Made by a program: the position numbers and the translations under genes. A stretch of DNA of 64,000 bases from Eledone cirrhosa. Its lineage: Eukaryota. The stretch is taken from contig OZ024740.1 of assembly GCA_964016885.1 (NCBI GenBank), forward strand, positions 362,700,001-362,764,000. The letters run 5' to 3'. The notes beneath the pieces were generated by a model that saw only the letters and a list, made by a program, of their open reading frames with translations, was not told where the DNA came from and searched no databases. The stretch's first letter is position 1; each line of letters begins with the position of its first letter. Shown here in pieces: positions 27,250-39,759 of the stretch.

Positions 27250-28730
27250 AGTGAGAGACGGGGAATGAAGAGAGTGAAAAGGAGTGAGGTATGTAGTGGA
27301 ATATAGAGAGGTGGAGAATTTTGTGGTCTAGTTAAAGAGGAGGAATTGTGAGAGAGAGTGAGATATGCAGTAGGATAGAATTTGCTTGTTTAATGGGATA
27401 GGGTAAATTAAGAGAATAAGAGAGAGTGAGGTATGTAGTGGTATATAGAGTGGGGAGAGAATTCGGTAGCTGAGCGAGAGAGGGGGAATTGTGAGAATGA
27501 GTGATGTATGTAGTTGGATATAGAGAGCGGGAGAGAATTTGTTCGTTTAGTGAGAGATAATGAGGTATGTAGTGCAATATAGAGAGGGGGAGAGAATTCG
27601 TTGCTCTAGTGAGAGAGGGGGAATTAAAAGAGTGAAAGAGAGTGAGGTATGTAGTGGAATATAGAGAGAGGGAGAGAATTTGGTGGTTTAGTGAGAGAGG
27701 CGGAATTGTGAGAGAGTGAAGTATGTAGTGGTATAGAGAGAGGGGAAGAGAGTTTGTTGATTTAGTGAGAGAGGGAAAATTGTGAGAGAGAGAGAGAGTG
27801 AGGTATATAGTGACATACAGAAAGGGAGAAAGAATATGGTGGTATAGTAAGAAAGGGAAATTGTGAGAGTGAGTGGGGTATGTAGTGGAATATAGAGAGG
27901 GAGAATTGTGAGAAAGAGTGAGATACGCAGTAGGATAGAGAGAGAGAGAGAGAGAGGGAAATAGTTTGTTTGTTTAATGAGAGAGGGTAAATTAAGAGAG
28001 TGAGAAAGAGTGAGATATGTAGTGGTATATAGAGTGGGGGAGAGAATTTGGTGGTATAGTGAGAAAGGGGGAATTGTGAGAGAGAGTGAGGTATGTAGTG
28101 GGATATAGAGAGCGGGAGAGAATTTGTGTGTTTCGTGAAAGAGGTGGATTTGTGAGAGAGAGAGAGAGGGAGATATGTAGCGGAATATAGAGAGGGGAAG
28201 AGAATTTGGTGGTCTAGTGAAAGAGGGGAATTGTGAGAGAGAATGAGATATGTAGTAGGTTATAGAGGGGTGAGAGTTTATTGGTCTAGTGAGAGAGGGG
28301 GAATTAATAGCGGGAAAGTGAGCGAGGTATGTAATGGAATATAGAGAGGGGTGAGAATTTGGTAGTCTAGTCAGAGAGGGGGGAATGTGAGAGAGAGTGA
28401 AGTACGTAGTGGGGTATAGAGAGCGGGGGAGAGTTTGGTGGTTTAGTGAAAGACGATGAATTGTGAGAATCATAGAGAGTGTGGTATGTCGTTGTATATA
28501 GATGGGGGAGAATCTTTTGGGGTTTAATGAGAGAGGCGGAATTATGAGAGTGAGAGAAAATGAGGTATGTTGTGGGATATAGAGAGAGGGGGAGACATTT
28601 TGGTGGTTTAGTGAGAGAGGGAGAATGTTGGTCTAGTGAGAGAGAGAGTGAGGCATGTAGTGGTATATAGAAAAGGTGAGAAGGATATAATGTTTTTTGT
28701 GAGAGAGGGGTAATATTTTGGGAGAGAGTG
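27250..28730. repeat. Purine-rich degenerate minisatellite (~60-80-bp unit)
   Basis: Repeating gagtgaggtatgtagtgg-atatagagag...gagaatttggtgg-tagtgagagaggggaattgt. Confidence 0.9.
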
Positions 28731-28820
28731 ACAAAATAATTGTATGAGGGAAGAAAAACGTTTTGATATTGGGTTTCGAAGTAAAGTTGCTGTGTATATC
28801 AGTGTGTGTGTGTGTTTATA

Positions 28821-29604
28821 TATAAAGATTTACATATACACATACTAGACAAAGTCATAGATATATATGTTTTTGGCAACCATTCACGATGTGGCTCAAT
28901 GATGAATTAATAAATTAAATAATCAGGTATATTGCTCTGATTATTTAATTTATTAATTCATCATTGAGCCACATCGTGAATGGTTGCCAGAAACATATAT
29001 ATCTATGACTTTGTCTAGTTTGTGTATATGTAAATCTTTATATTTGATAATCTCCCATAAGGTTGAGATGCAATTTAGGCAATATTAGGCTGCGCTTTCT
29101 AGCAACCAGCCCACTCGCCGTAAGGCACCAATCACATTCTTTCTGACTTGACCACTGCCACGTCACAGTTCTTAGCCATTTTGAATTCGTTTCTGGCGGG
29201 GACCATTTAAGAAAAATCTTCGTCCAAGTGAGTTTGTTTCCTGATGAGTTCGAAGCTCGAGAATTTATCCTTGATAGGATATTTCCAAAAGCGAACGAAA
29301 CCCTAAAGGGTACAAACGTAATCCTGGTATGTGTATATGTATCTTTTCTTCTAACTTTAATTTTATACCTAATTGTGTATGGTTTACGATATATTTAATC
29401 GTGCTATTGAAATGGTGGGTAAATATTCCATAGCTGTTGATCGCGAATAGATGGCTGTCGTTTATTTATCTATTATTTCTTCATAGGTACCTTTTAATCT
29501 TATAGCCTGGTTTAATTGTTTTTTTTTTGTGTGGTTGATTATGCTAATTGGGAGAGGAAATGGTGCATATATCTTATCAAATGATTCTATGGACATAATT
29601 TATA

Positions 29605-29605
<1 letters not shown>
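28821..29605 (+). mobile_element. Retrozyme-like ~670-bp hammerhead unit with a 106-bp inverted arm
   Basis: Arms 28821-28926 and 28937-29042. The body is colinear with, but diverged from, the 37751-39530 family. Ends in (TA)n. Confidence 0.75.
29236..29317 (+). ncRNA. Type I hammerhead ribozyme (C-C mismatch at base of stem I)
   Basis: gtttc CTGATGA gttcg...cgaac GAAA ccc taaa ggg TA caaac. Confidence 0.75.
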
Positions 29606-29690
<85 letters not shown>

Positions 29691-29722
29691 TAGGATTGGT
29701 GCTCTAAAATAGCGATGTATAC

Positions 29723-30091
29723 ATGAATGTATGTATAGTATATTTGGCAATATACCGTATATTTAATTTAAAACATTTTGAAGACCATACGCTATCGGTT
29801 TTAAAGTAGTGACTATGTCACTTACTTCTTTTCGGCGAAAGAAGAGAGAAAAGCTAACAGCCTGTTTCACACTGTTTGGCGATCATCAGAGCCACGCACC
29901 CCCTACGGCGTAAGTAGGGGGTGCGTGGCTCTGATGATCGCCAAATACCGTGGAACAGACTGTTAGCTTCTCTCTCTTCTTTCGCCGAAAGAAGTAAGTG
30001 ACATAGTCACTACTTTAAAACCGATAGCGCATGGTCTTCAAAATGTTTTAAATTAAACATACGGTATATTGCCAAATATACTATACATACA

Positions 30092-30096
<5 letters not shown>
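29723..30096. mobile_element. ~183-bp-arm palindromic element with a hammerhead on each arm, within (TA)n
   Basis: Arms 29723-29906 and 29914-30096 with a 7-nt loop. Confidence 0.85.
29853..29892 (-). ncRNA. Minimal type I hammerhead ribozyme
   Basis: gct CTGATGA t cgc caaaca gtg t GAAA cag g ctg TT agc. The mirror copy at 29928-29967 (+) has GGAA instead of GAAA. Confidence 0.65.
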
Positions 30097-30180
<84 letters not shown>

Positions 30181-30184
<4 letters not shown>

Positions 30185-31778
30185 TAAAATAACAGATTAA
30201 AGTTTAAGCAAAGAATCGATGCTTTCACCCTTAACGGGATCTTCTGAAACTAACAAAGTCAATCTGTGAACGCAGAAGTGAATATTTCAAAAAACGTTGC
30301 AGCCGGAGGAAGACAGGAAGACGATACTTTGGTTCGTGGAAACGTTCCCTGGCAAAGAACGGGAAAAAACGAATATAATACGTAATTATTTGGAGCGGTG
30401 AAAAACAATTACACGCAAAGACAAAACCACGTCATAGAGACGTTCTCTGGCAATGAACGAAAAAAACGAAGATAATACGTAATATGTGGACCGGGGAGAA
30501 CACGCAAAGACAAAACCACGTAAATGGTATAACTGAAGTCGTAGACTAAAATTCTAACTAGGAAACCGAATGATTCTCGGCTTCAGAGTTAAGAATAAAG
30601 TAAATAAAATACAGAGGTAATTGAAATTAAATAAATACATACACGCATCCATATACGTACATACACAAGCATACGCGAAAACACTCGCCCTATGTATACA
30701 CATACACGCACGTACACAACCCCCCCCAAAACAAACAAACAAACAAATCCGCACGCACATACAGAACCCACGCAACGCCTGTACCCGCACGCATTCGAAT
30801 GTATACACCAAATACACATAAAAATATATATAAAAAAAAATATATATATATATGTGTGTGTGCGTGTATACATATAATTAAATAAACGTATATAAATAAA
30901 TACGCATATAACAAGCGCACACACATACCTACATGTAAATACACATATGTTCGGGGACGTACGTCAACCAAAACAAGAAGTAGACATATACACACACCCT
31001 ACATACGTACGAAACCGCATACTCACACAGACGCAAAACTCACGAATACACATAACCAAAAGCATATGTACCAGAATATATAATATATACGCCATAACAT
31101 AATCAAATATACCTACGAGAAACATACAGGTAATATATACTTACCTATACAAATAAGTAATGGTATAAACATAACATATACTTAGCTACCACATCAAGAC
31201 GTAAAATATCCGCGTATAGTTCGTACTATCCGTTAGGGTAAAATGTGGGGCTGTAATACAGGAAAGTTTTGTGCAAGCCGAAATTGTCTCAGATTTTTTG
31301 TTTAAGATGTGGTCTGTGGCGTAGAGTATTTCCAGGGCCTCAGCGGCGCAGAGGTCACATGGTCTTTTATTTCCGTTATACGGTCTAGCCCTAGCTAGGA
31401 TCTCCCAATGTAACTTATATTGGGTGTGGTTGTCTTTTAAACTCCAGATATAAGCTGAAAGTGACGTCATATTCCTTCTTAAAGGGTAAGGAAAAGAATA
31501 GTTATGCATGGAAATACGCTGCTTGAATCTATTGGCGGTTAACCCTATGTAGGCCCTACGGAACGTGTGTGTTTCAACTTTACATTTGTAGACAATGTTA
31601 CTAGAGAGGCATTTCCCGGATAGGGGGCAGTCAATCCGATTCCTACAATTACAGTTAGTACTAACTACAGGGTTGGACGTGTCCCTACGGCTAGGTAGTT
31701 TAGCTAAATTTGAAGCTGTGATGTTATGTGCAAGGTTAGGAGTCGTAGAGTAAGAAATTTTAATAGTATTTCTATATA
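30181..31778 (-). mobile_element. 5'-truncated Penelope-like element (GIY-YIG, 3' UTR, terminal hammerhead) between (TA)n tracts
   Basis: Minus frame NCNCRNRIDCPLSGKCLSSNIVYKCKVETHTFRRAYIGLTANRFKQRISMHNYSF...LSAYIW...CDLCAAE. Confidence 0.88.
30201..30251 (-). ncRNA. Type I hammerhead with a core substitution (CAGAAGA)
   Basis: agttt CaGAAGA t ccc gttaa ggg t GAAA gca tcgattctt tgc TT aaact. Confidence 0.65.
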
Positions 31779-31812
31779 CATATACATATATATATATATA
31801 GGAACCAGTAAG

Positions 31813-31906
31813 ACCCCGACGGCTGAGCTCAAGCCGTTTCGACGGCTAATTCTGGACTAAATGAAAATTTATCCTGGTATTTAAATAGCCGAGATTCTCA
31901 AGGGGT
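31813..31906 (-). ncRNA. Type I hammerhead, U3-A8 variant core
   Basis: Mirror image of 35453-35546. Confidence 0.75.
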
Positions 31907-32288
31907 AATTCCATATATGGTCAAATCTATTGTCACAAGGATTGGTCACAAGTTAGTAGTAATTCTGTGATGACAAATTAGTGGGGGAAGGGGTAGCTAA
32001 ACCTGCCAGTAGGAGAACAAGGGGAGGGGGTGGGGTATACCCATTCATGCGTTGGTAGTGCCGGCTACAGCTGGGCGTGAGGTCAAAGAAGATACTAGGG
32101 AGGGGGAGGGGTAGGAAGTCGAAACGCTAAGTAGAACAATGGAGGGTAAAAATATATTAAAAAAAATACTGAGAGTGATAAAAAGCGAATAAATGTAAAG
32201 AAAAAAATAAGCAATTTCTACGACCTAAGTCTCTCGCTATTGCTAGGCTAAATAAATAAATAAATAAATAAATGAATAAATAAATGAA

Positions 32289-32335
<47 letters not shown>

Positions 32336-33081
32336 AAAAATAAAAAATAATAAATAAATAAACTAGGTGGGACGGAGTAAGAATGGACCCTTTTAAGAGG
32401 CATAAGTACGTATATCATACGGTGACGGGTCAACAAGGGGGGGGGGGGCAAAATACTAAAGAAACTACCACGAAATAGTTAATAAAGGTTTCTACCCCAG
32501 GCACAAGGCCTGCAACCACCCAGAGCAGAAAAGTAAACTAGTACGAAATAATAATTCAGAGTCCCGAAAAAAATATACTAATGCTAACTCTAAGGGTACC
32601 GCCACTCTACAAAAGTTCTTATACAAGCTACATGAAAGTTCGTACGAAGTAAAAGTAAAATACGGAAAATTAATTCAGAATCCCCCCCGCCCAAAAGAAA
32701 AGAGAAGAAAGAAATACTGAATAAACGAGAAATTAAAGCAAGGATGCCACTAAGAAATATAGAAGGCACGGAAAAAAAGGTGCAGCGGTCGGATAAGGGG
32801 GGCAAGAATCCGAGGTCTAACACAACTGCTATAAAAAGCGGAGTCCGCCAAATCTATCATAGAATAGGGGAGGGGGTGAGGGTACTGAGGCTACAAGGGG
32901 CCGAGGTGCTGCCTCGGGTGTGCGAGAAAAATACGCCGACAAAGAAAAAGAACTGGGGTAGAAGGACTAGGGAGGGATGGGGGAAGAAGGAAATATAGAG
33001 GAAGCGATAAAAGAATATAAAAGATCTTACGTCTCCCTTGGCAAGCAGCGGTTACCCATTAGAAAATCGGCAAGTGGGGTG

Positions 33082-34149
33082 TTATAGCCTTAGTCTACCC
33101 CCCGGGTCATTATGGGGTTTGAGGGCGAGGTAAGTCCTATGCAATCTGTATTTACATGCAGTAACCAGTTCATCTTTCTTGTTTAGGAGTTGGTCCGTCG
33201 AAAACAGCATTTGTAAAGTTTCCACCGAGCATAAATTGCATGGACGGCGTCCTCCCGTGTAAGAGTTGGCTCTGGACAGTAATCTCCAAGTGAGATCATA
33301 GGTGATGTTGTTGTCCTTGAGGTCCCATATGTGGCCCGAAAGTGTAGTGGCGTGACGCCGGGCCGGGTTTCGGAAGGTGTGTCTGTGTTGGTATAGCCGG
33401 GTCTTGAAGTCACATGCGGTTAATCCTATATAAGCTTTGTTGGAGGTGTCCGTCCTCACGTTGCACTGGTAGATCACATTACGGTCTCTGCATCTGTTGT
33501 CGAGGGGGCAAATGGATCTATCAGGGCAGTTGCACCTCCTGGTCGGCTCTCCACTGCTATTTAGGTTATTTCTTCCATCGGGGTTGAGTTTTTTGTTGTT
33601 GGAGGAGACGATGTTTTGTGCGAAGTTTGGTGTAGTGCTGTAAGAGAGTTTGATGGTATTTTTGTTAATTATGTTGTGGTAGTGGTGTTGTAGTGGGAAG
33701 TGTTTTTGAATGAGCCTAAAGAATATTTTCCCGATGGGAGTTGTCACCTCTGCGTTGTGGGGAGGATTGAACCATGTTACATTGCGTGAGCGGCGGTGTC
33801 GCCTGCTGGTTCCGCTAATAGGAGCTGGACAGTAGGATATTTCCTCCCGGAAACCACTCCGCTTGAGGGCCTGGGTGTAATAAGGCGCATGTTCATCGAA
33901 TATCTGCTCATTAGCTGACAAACGGGATATGCGGAGGGAGATGTTTTTGACCAGGTTGTTGGTGATGTTCCTAGGATGGTTTGATCGGCGGTGGATGTAG
34001 TGCAGGTTATCATTAGGTTTCCTGTATGGGTAGTACAGGTCGTTATCGATGTCGAGGGTAACGTCCAGGAAGTTTACTCGGGTCAGGGACGTTTGTAGGG
34101 TTATTTTAAATCCCCAGTCGCGGAAGAAGCTGATTAATTGTTTACGGCA
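33082..34149 (-). CDS. 5'-truncated PLE polyprotein: RT C-terminus/thumb, Cys-rich linker, GIY-YIG endonuclease
   Basis: VNFLDVTLD..YRKPNDNLHYIHRRSNHP..WFNPP..CNCPDRSICPLDNRC..NVIYQC..YIGLT..FKTRLYQH..CNLC. The frame extends upstream of the annotated start to the inversion junction. Confidence 0.9.
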   Translation of the reverse strand, partial: CRKQLISFFRDWGFKITLQTSLTRVNFLDVTLDIDNDLYYPYRKPNDNLHYIHRRSNHPRNITNNLVKNISLRISRLSANEQIFDEHAPYYTQALKRSGFREEISYCPAPISGTSRRHRRSRNVTWFNPPHNAEVTTPIGKIFFRLIQKHFPLQHHYHNIINKNTIKLSYSTTPNFAQNIVSSNNKKLNPDGRNNLNSSGEPTRRCNCPDRSICPLDNRCRDRNVIYQCNVRTDTSNKAYIGLTACDFKTRLYQHRHTFRNPARRHATTLSGHIWDLKDNNITYDLTWRLLSRANSYTGGRRPCNLCSVETLQMLFSTDQLLNKKDELVTACKYRLHRTYLALKPHNDPGGRLRL

Positions 34150-35080
34150 ATTTATGCTCGGATGAAACTTTACAAATGTTGTTTTCGACGGACCAACTCC
34201 TAAACAAGAAAGATGAACTGGTTACTGCATGTAAATACAGATTGCGTAGGACTTACCTCGCCCTCAAACCCCATAATGACCGGGGGGGGGGGGGGGTAGA
34301 CTAGGGCTATAACACCTCACTTGCCGATTTTGTAATGGGTAACCCCTGCTTGCCAAGGGAGACGTAAGATCTTTTATATTCTTTTATCGCTTCCTCTATA
34401 TTTCCTTCTTCCCCCCATCCCTCCCTAGTCCTTCTACCTCAGTTCTTTTTCTTTGTCGGCGTATTGTTCTCGCCCACCCTCGGCAGCACCTCGGCCCCTT
34501 GTAGCCTCAGTACCCCCACCCCCTCCCCTATTCTATGATAGATTTGGCGGACTCCACTTTTTATAGCAGTTGTGTTAGACCTCGGATTCTTGCCCCCTTA
34601 TCCGACCGCTGCGCCTTTTTTTCCGTGCCTTCTATATTTCTTAGTGGCATCCTTGCTTTAATTTCTCGTTTATTCAGTATTTCTTTCTTCTCTTTTCTTT
34701 TGGGCGGGGGGGATTCTGAATTAATTTTCCGTATTTTACTTTTACTTCGTACGAACTTTCATGTAGCTTGTATAAGAACTTTTGTAGCGTGGCGGTACCC
34801 TTAGAGTTAGCATTAGTATATTTTTTTCGGGACTCTGAATTATTATTTCGTACTAGTTTACTTTCTGCTCTGGGTGGTTGCTGGCCTTGTGCCTGGGGTA
34901 GAAACCTTTATTAACTATTTCGTGGTAGTTTCTTTAGTATTTTGCCCCCCCCCCCTTGTTGACCCGGCACCGCATGATATACGTACTTATACCTCTTAAA
35001 AGGGTCCATTCTTACTCCGTCCCACCTAGTTTATTTATTTATTATTTTTTATTTATTTATTTATTTATTTATTTATTCCT

Positions 35081-35111
<31 letters not shown>

Positions 35112-35452
35112 GCCTAGCAATAGCGAGAGACTTAGGTCGTAGAAATTGCTTATTTTTTTCTTTACATTTATTCGCTTTTTATCACTCTCAGTATTTTTTT
35201 AAATATATTTTTACCCTCCATTGTTCTACTTAGCGTTTCGACTTCCTACCCCTCCCCCTCCCTAGTATCTTCTTTGACCTCACGCCCAGCTGTAGCCGGC
35301 ACTACCAACGCATGAATGGGTCTACCCCACCCCTCCCCTTTTTCTCCTATTGGCAGGTTTAGCTACCCCTTCCCCCACTAATTTGCCATCACAGAATTAC
35401 TACTAACTTGTGACCAATCCTTGTGACAATCACTTTGACCATATATGGAATT

Positions 35453-35546
35453 ACCCCTTGAGAATCTCGGCTATTTAAATACCAGGATAAATTTTCATTT
35501 AGTCCAGAATTAGCCGTCGAAACGGCTTGAGCTCAGCCGTCGGGGT
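35453..35546 (+). ncRNA. Type I hammerhead, U3-A8 variant core
   Basis: acccc TTGAGAA tct cggcta...tagccg tc GAAA cggct tgagctc agccg TC ggggt. Predicted cleavage after C35541. Confidence 0.75.
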
Positions 35547-35637
35547 CTTACTGGTTCCTATTACCCACTCTACTACCCTAAGTATTGAGTACTTTGGTGC
35601 GTTATGGTCCACCTGGTTCCTTACCACATTTCCTTCG

Positions 35638-35709
<72 letters not shown>

Positions 35710-35846
35710 GTATACATATATATATATGTATAAGAGGCTTAGCTCTGTTTCTCGACCGTTATATCGCGTGACTATCTCCCCCTCCGCCTTTTGGGATTCT
35801 TTCTCACGTCGTGTAGACGCGTTCTTGAGACTAGTAAAATGAGGTA

Positions 35847-35934
35847 TCCTCTTGATAAGTCGGCAGACCTCGCAAGGACTCTATATCTTTGATATATTGT
35901 TTTTGTTTATGCCACGAAACTACGTAGTCGAGGA
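35847..35934 (+). ncRNA. Type I hammerhead, U3-A8 variant core, palindromic stem III
   Basis: tcctc TTGATAA gt c ggca...tgcc ac GAAA ctacgtag TC gagga. Predicted cleavage after C35929. Confidence 0.82.
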
Positions 35935-36437
35935 ATTTAGGAACAGTTTAGGTATGATACATTTTATTACTAATTATATCTAAATGTTTCTTCTCTCTTC
36001 ATAATGTATTTTTAACTCTGATACTGGTTCAGTCTGGTTCAAACTGAATTGGTCTGTCCCAGTCATTCATTGAGCAACATCGGTGAAGTTGGCACCCTTA
36101 ACTCACAGTTGGGTGCGGATGCATTCATGTATATATGTGTGTGTCCGCATGTATCTGTGTGTTTCTAAATGTATTAATAACTCCCTCTGGTCGAGCAATC
36201 TTTGAAGTGTGGGGACAACTGGAAAGCTTCCATTACTCATACTTCTCGCCTTCTTCACTACCTCTTCTACGGCCTCGATATGAATACCCCCTCCGCCTCC
36301 GTGGTATTTTTTTCGTGGTTATAAGAGGCTTAGCTCTGTTTCTCGACCGTTATATCGCGTGACTATCTCCCCCTCCGCCTTTTGGGATTCTTTCTCACGT
36401 CGTGTAGACGCGTTCTTGAGACTAGTAAAATGAGGTA

Positions 36438-36525
36438 TCCTCTTGATAAGTCGGCAGACCTCGCAAGGACTCTATATCTTTGATATATTGTTTTTGTTTA
36501 TGCCACGAAACTACGTAGTCGAGGA
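36438..36525 (+). ncRNA. Type I hammerhead, U3-A8 variant core (second copy)
   Basis: Same sequence as 35847-35934. Predicted cleavage after C36520. Confidence 0.82.
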
Positions 36526-36759
36526 ATTTAGGAACAGTTTAGGTATGATACATTTTATTACTAATTATATCTAAATGTTTCTTCTCTCTTCATAATGTAT
36601 TTTTAACTCTGATACTGGTTCAGTCTGGTTCAAACTGAATTGGTCTGTCCCAGTCATTCATTGAGCAACATCGGTGAAGTTGGCACCCTTAACTCACAGT
36701 TGGGTGCGGATGCATTCATGTATATATGTGTGTGTCCGCATGTATCTGTGTGTTTCTAA

Positions 36760-36797
<38 letters not shown>

Positions 36798-36843
36798 GTA
36801 TATATATATGTATATATGTATACATATATATATATGTATATAC

Positions 36844-36908
<65 letters not shown>

Positions 36909-36912
<4 letters not shown>

Positions 36913-37285
36913 AGTATGTATGTATACGTACATACATATATGTATACAGACGTACAGTAGCATGTATATATATACATATAGGTACACATATATATATGCA
37001 CGTATCAGTGTACCGAACATTTATTATAATGCTCGGTTTGTTAGTTTGTAAACTGTACGGCGTAATTCAGGCTGTTTGTTTGTTTACAAACTAACAAACC
37101 GAGCATTATAATAAATGTTCGGTACACTGATACGTGCATATATATATGTGTACCTGTATGTATATATATACATGCTACTGTACGTCTGTATACATATATG
37201 TATGTACGTATACATACATACTTACATTTAAGTAAGTGCCGTACTAAGAGTGAGAAATGAAATTTCGTTTCATTCTATTCCATTT
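36909..37285. mobile_element. Truncated inverted-arm insertion related to the 14795 family
   Basis: Arms 36909-37053 and 37082-37226 plus a ~60-nt tail. Shares gtatacagacgtacagtag, ccgaacatttattataatgctcgg and ccgtactaagagtg with 14795-15000. Confidence 0.8.
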
Positions 37286-37750
<465 letters not shown>

Positions 37751-38023
37751 TATATCATAAAACATGTCTATAGAATCACAAGATAAAATATATACTATTT
37801 CCTCTCCTAATTAGCATAATTAACTATATAAAAAATCGAATAGACCAGGCTATAAGAATGAGGCTTCTATGAAGGAATCTCCGACAAATAACCAAAACTA
37901 GCGCTTCGCGTCGGCCGTAGTGGAATATTTATCGAATATTTCGACAGCGTAATCGCCTAGATACACCCAACTAAGCAGAATTAGGTTTAAAATAAACTAG
38001 GAGAAAATAGAATACATTTAAAT

Positions 38024-38111
38024 ACCTCTACCATGGTTTCGTCCGTGTTTTGAGTTTTCCAATAATTATGTAATAATTATATAAACTCGAGCGCCGGATT
38101 CTTCAGGAAGC
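38024..38111 (-). ncRNA. Type I hammerhead ribozyme
   Basis: Mirror image of 39064-39151. Confidence 0.8.
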
Positions 38112-39063
38112 TCGCTCATATCTAGACATTAAATTTTCCAAAACGATCGCGCCTAGAATTCATTTCAAAATGGCTAAAAATCGTGACGTAGCCGCGGTCA
38201 AGTTGGAAGGGTGTGATAGTTGCTTACGACTGGTGGCATTTTTGCTAGAAACCACAGCACAATACAGCCAAATTTCTATCTCAACCTAGTGGGAGATTAT
38301 TACATATAAAAGTTTACATATATATATATACATACACATACATATACGTGTTTTGCAACCGGTCACTTTGTGGCTCAATGAAAAATTAATAAATTAAACA
38401 ATCAGAGCTATATATCATAAAACATGTCTATAGAATCACAAGATAAAATATATACTGTTTCCTCTCCCACTTAGCATAATTAACTATATAAAAAATCGAA
38501 TAGACCAGGCTATACGAATAAGGCTTCTATGAAAGAATCTCCAACAAATAACCAAAACTAGCACTTCGCGTCGGCCGTAGTGGAATATTTATCGAATATT
38601 TCGACAGCTAATCTCCTAGATACAGTCAACTAAGCAGAATTAGGTTTAAAATAAACTCATTCTTATAGCCTGGTCTATTCGATTTTTTATATAGTTAATT
38701 ATGCTAATTGGGAGAGGAAATAGTATATATTTTATCTTGTGATTCTATAGACATGTTTTATGATATATAGCTCTGATTGTTTAATTTATTAATTTTTCAT
38801 TGAGCCACAAAGTGACCGGTTGCAAAACACGTATATGTATGTGTATGTATATATATATGTAAACTTTTATATGTAATAATCTCCCACTAGGTTGAGATAA
38901 AAATTTGGCTGTATTGTGCTGTGGTTCTAGCAAAAATGCCACCAGTCGTAAGCAACTACCACACCCTTCCAACTTGACCGCGGCTACGTCACGATTTTTA
39001 GCCATTTTGAAATGAATTCTTGGCGCGATCGTTTTGAAAAATTTAATGTCTAGATATGAGCGA

Positions 39064-39151
39064 GCTTCCTGAAGAATCCGGCGCTCGAGTTTATATAATT
39101 ATTACATAATTATTGGAAAACTCAAAACACGGACGAAACCATGGTAGAGGT
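39064..39151 (+). ncRNA. Type I hammerhead ribozyme with palindromic stem III
   Basis: gcttc CTGAAGA a tccg...cgga c GAAA ccatgg TA gaggt. Confidence 0.8.
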
Positions 39152-39525
39152 ATTTAAATGTATTCTATTTTCTCCTAGTTTATTTTAAACCTAATTCTGC
39201 TTAGTTGACTGTATCTAGGCGATTACGCTGTCGAAATATTCGATAAATATTCCACTACGGTCGACGCGAAGAGCTAGTTTTGGTTATTTGTCGGAGATTC
39301 CTTCATAGAAGCCTCATTCTTATAGCCTGGTCTATTCGATTTTTTATATAGTTAATTATGCTAATTGGGAGAGGAAATAGTATATATTTTCTCTTGTGAT
39401 TCTATAGACATGTTTTATGATATATAGCTCTGATTGTTTAATTTATTATTTTTTCATTGAGCCACAAAGTGACCGGTTGCAAAACACGTATATGTATGTG
39501 TATGTATATATATATGTAAACTTTT

Positions 39526-39715
<190 letters not shown>

Positions 39716-39759
39716 GTATATATTACTGTCTAGGAAAAAATAACACAGTAGTTTTATTT

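Larger units (their letters stand above)
31799..35640. mobile_element. Penelope-like element (Naiad-like) with ~1.4-kb inverted pseudo-LTRs, inserted in (TA)n
   Basis: Minus arm 31799-34149 carries the ORF. Plus arm 34147-35640 is a near-identical inverted copy of 31799-33239 with an extra ~80-nt tail. Confidence 0.92.
35729..36764 (+). mobile_element. Retrozyme-like element: 1.75 copies of a 591-bp unit with two hammerheads, in (TA)n
   Basis: 35729-36173 appears identical to 36320-36764 (offset 591). No meaningful ORF. Confidence 0.88.

Noticed and set aside
27205-27250. GAAA...CTGATGA motif suggesting a type II hammerhead
   Set aside because: Stem I does not pair, and the sequence looks like a degenerate SINE tail.
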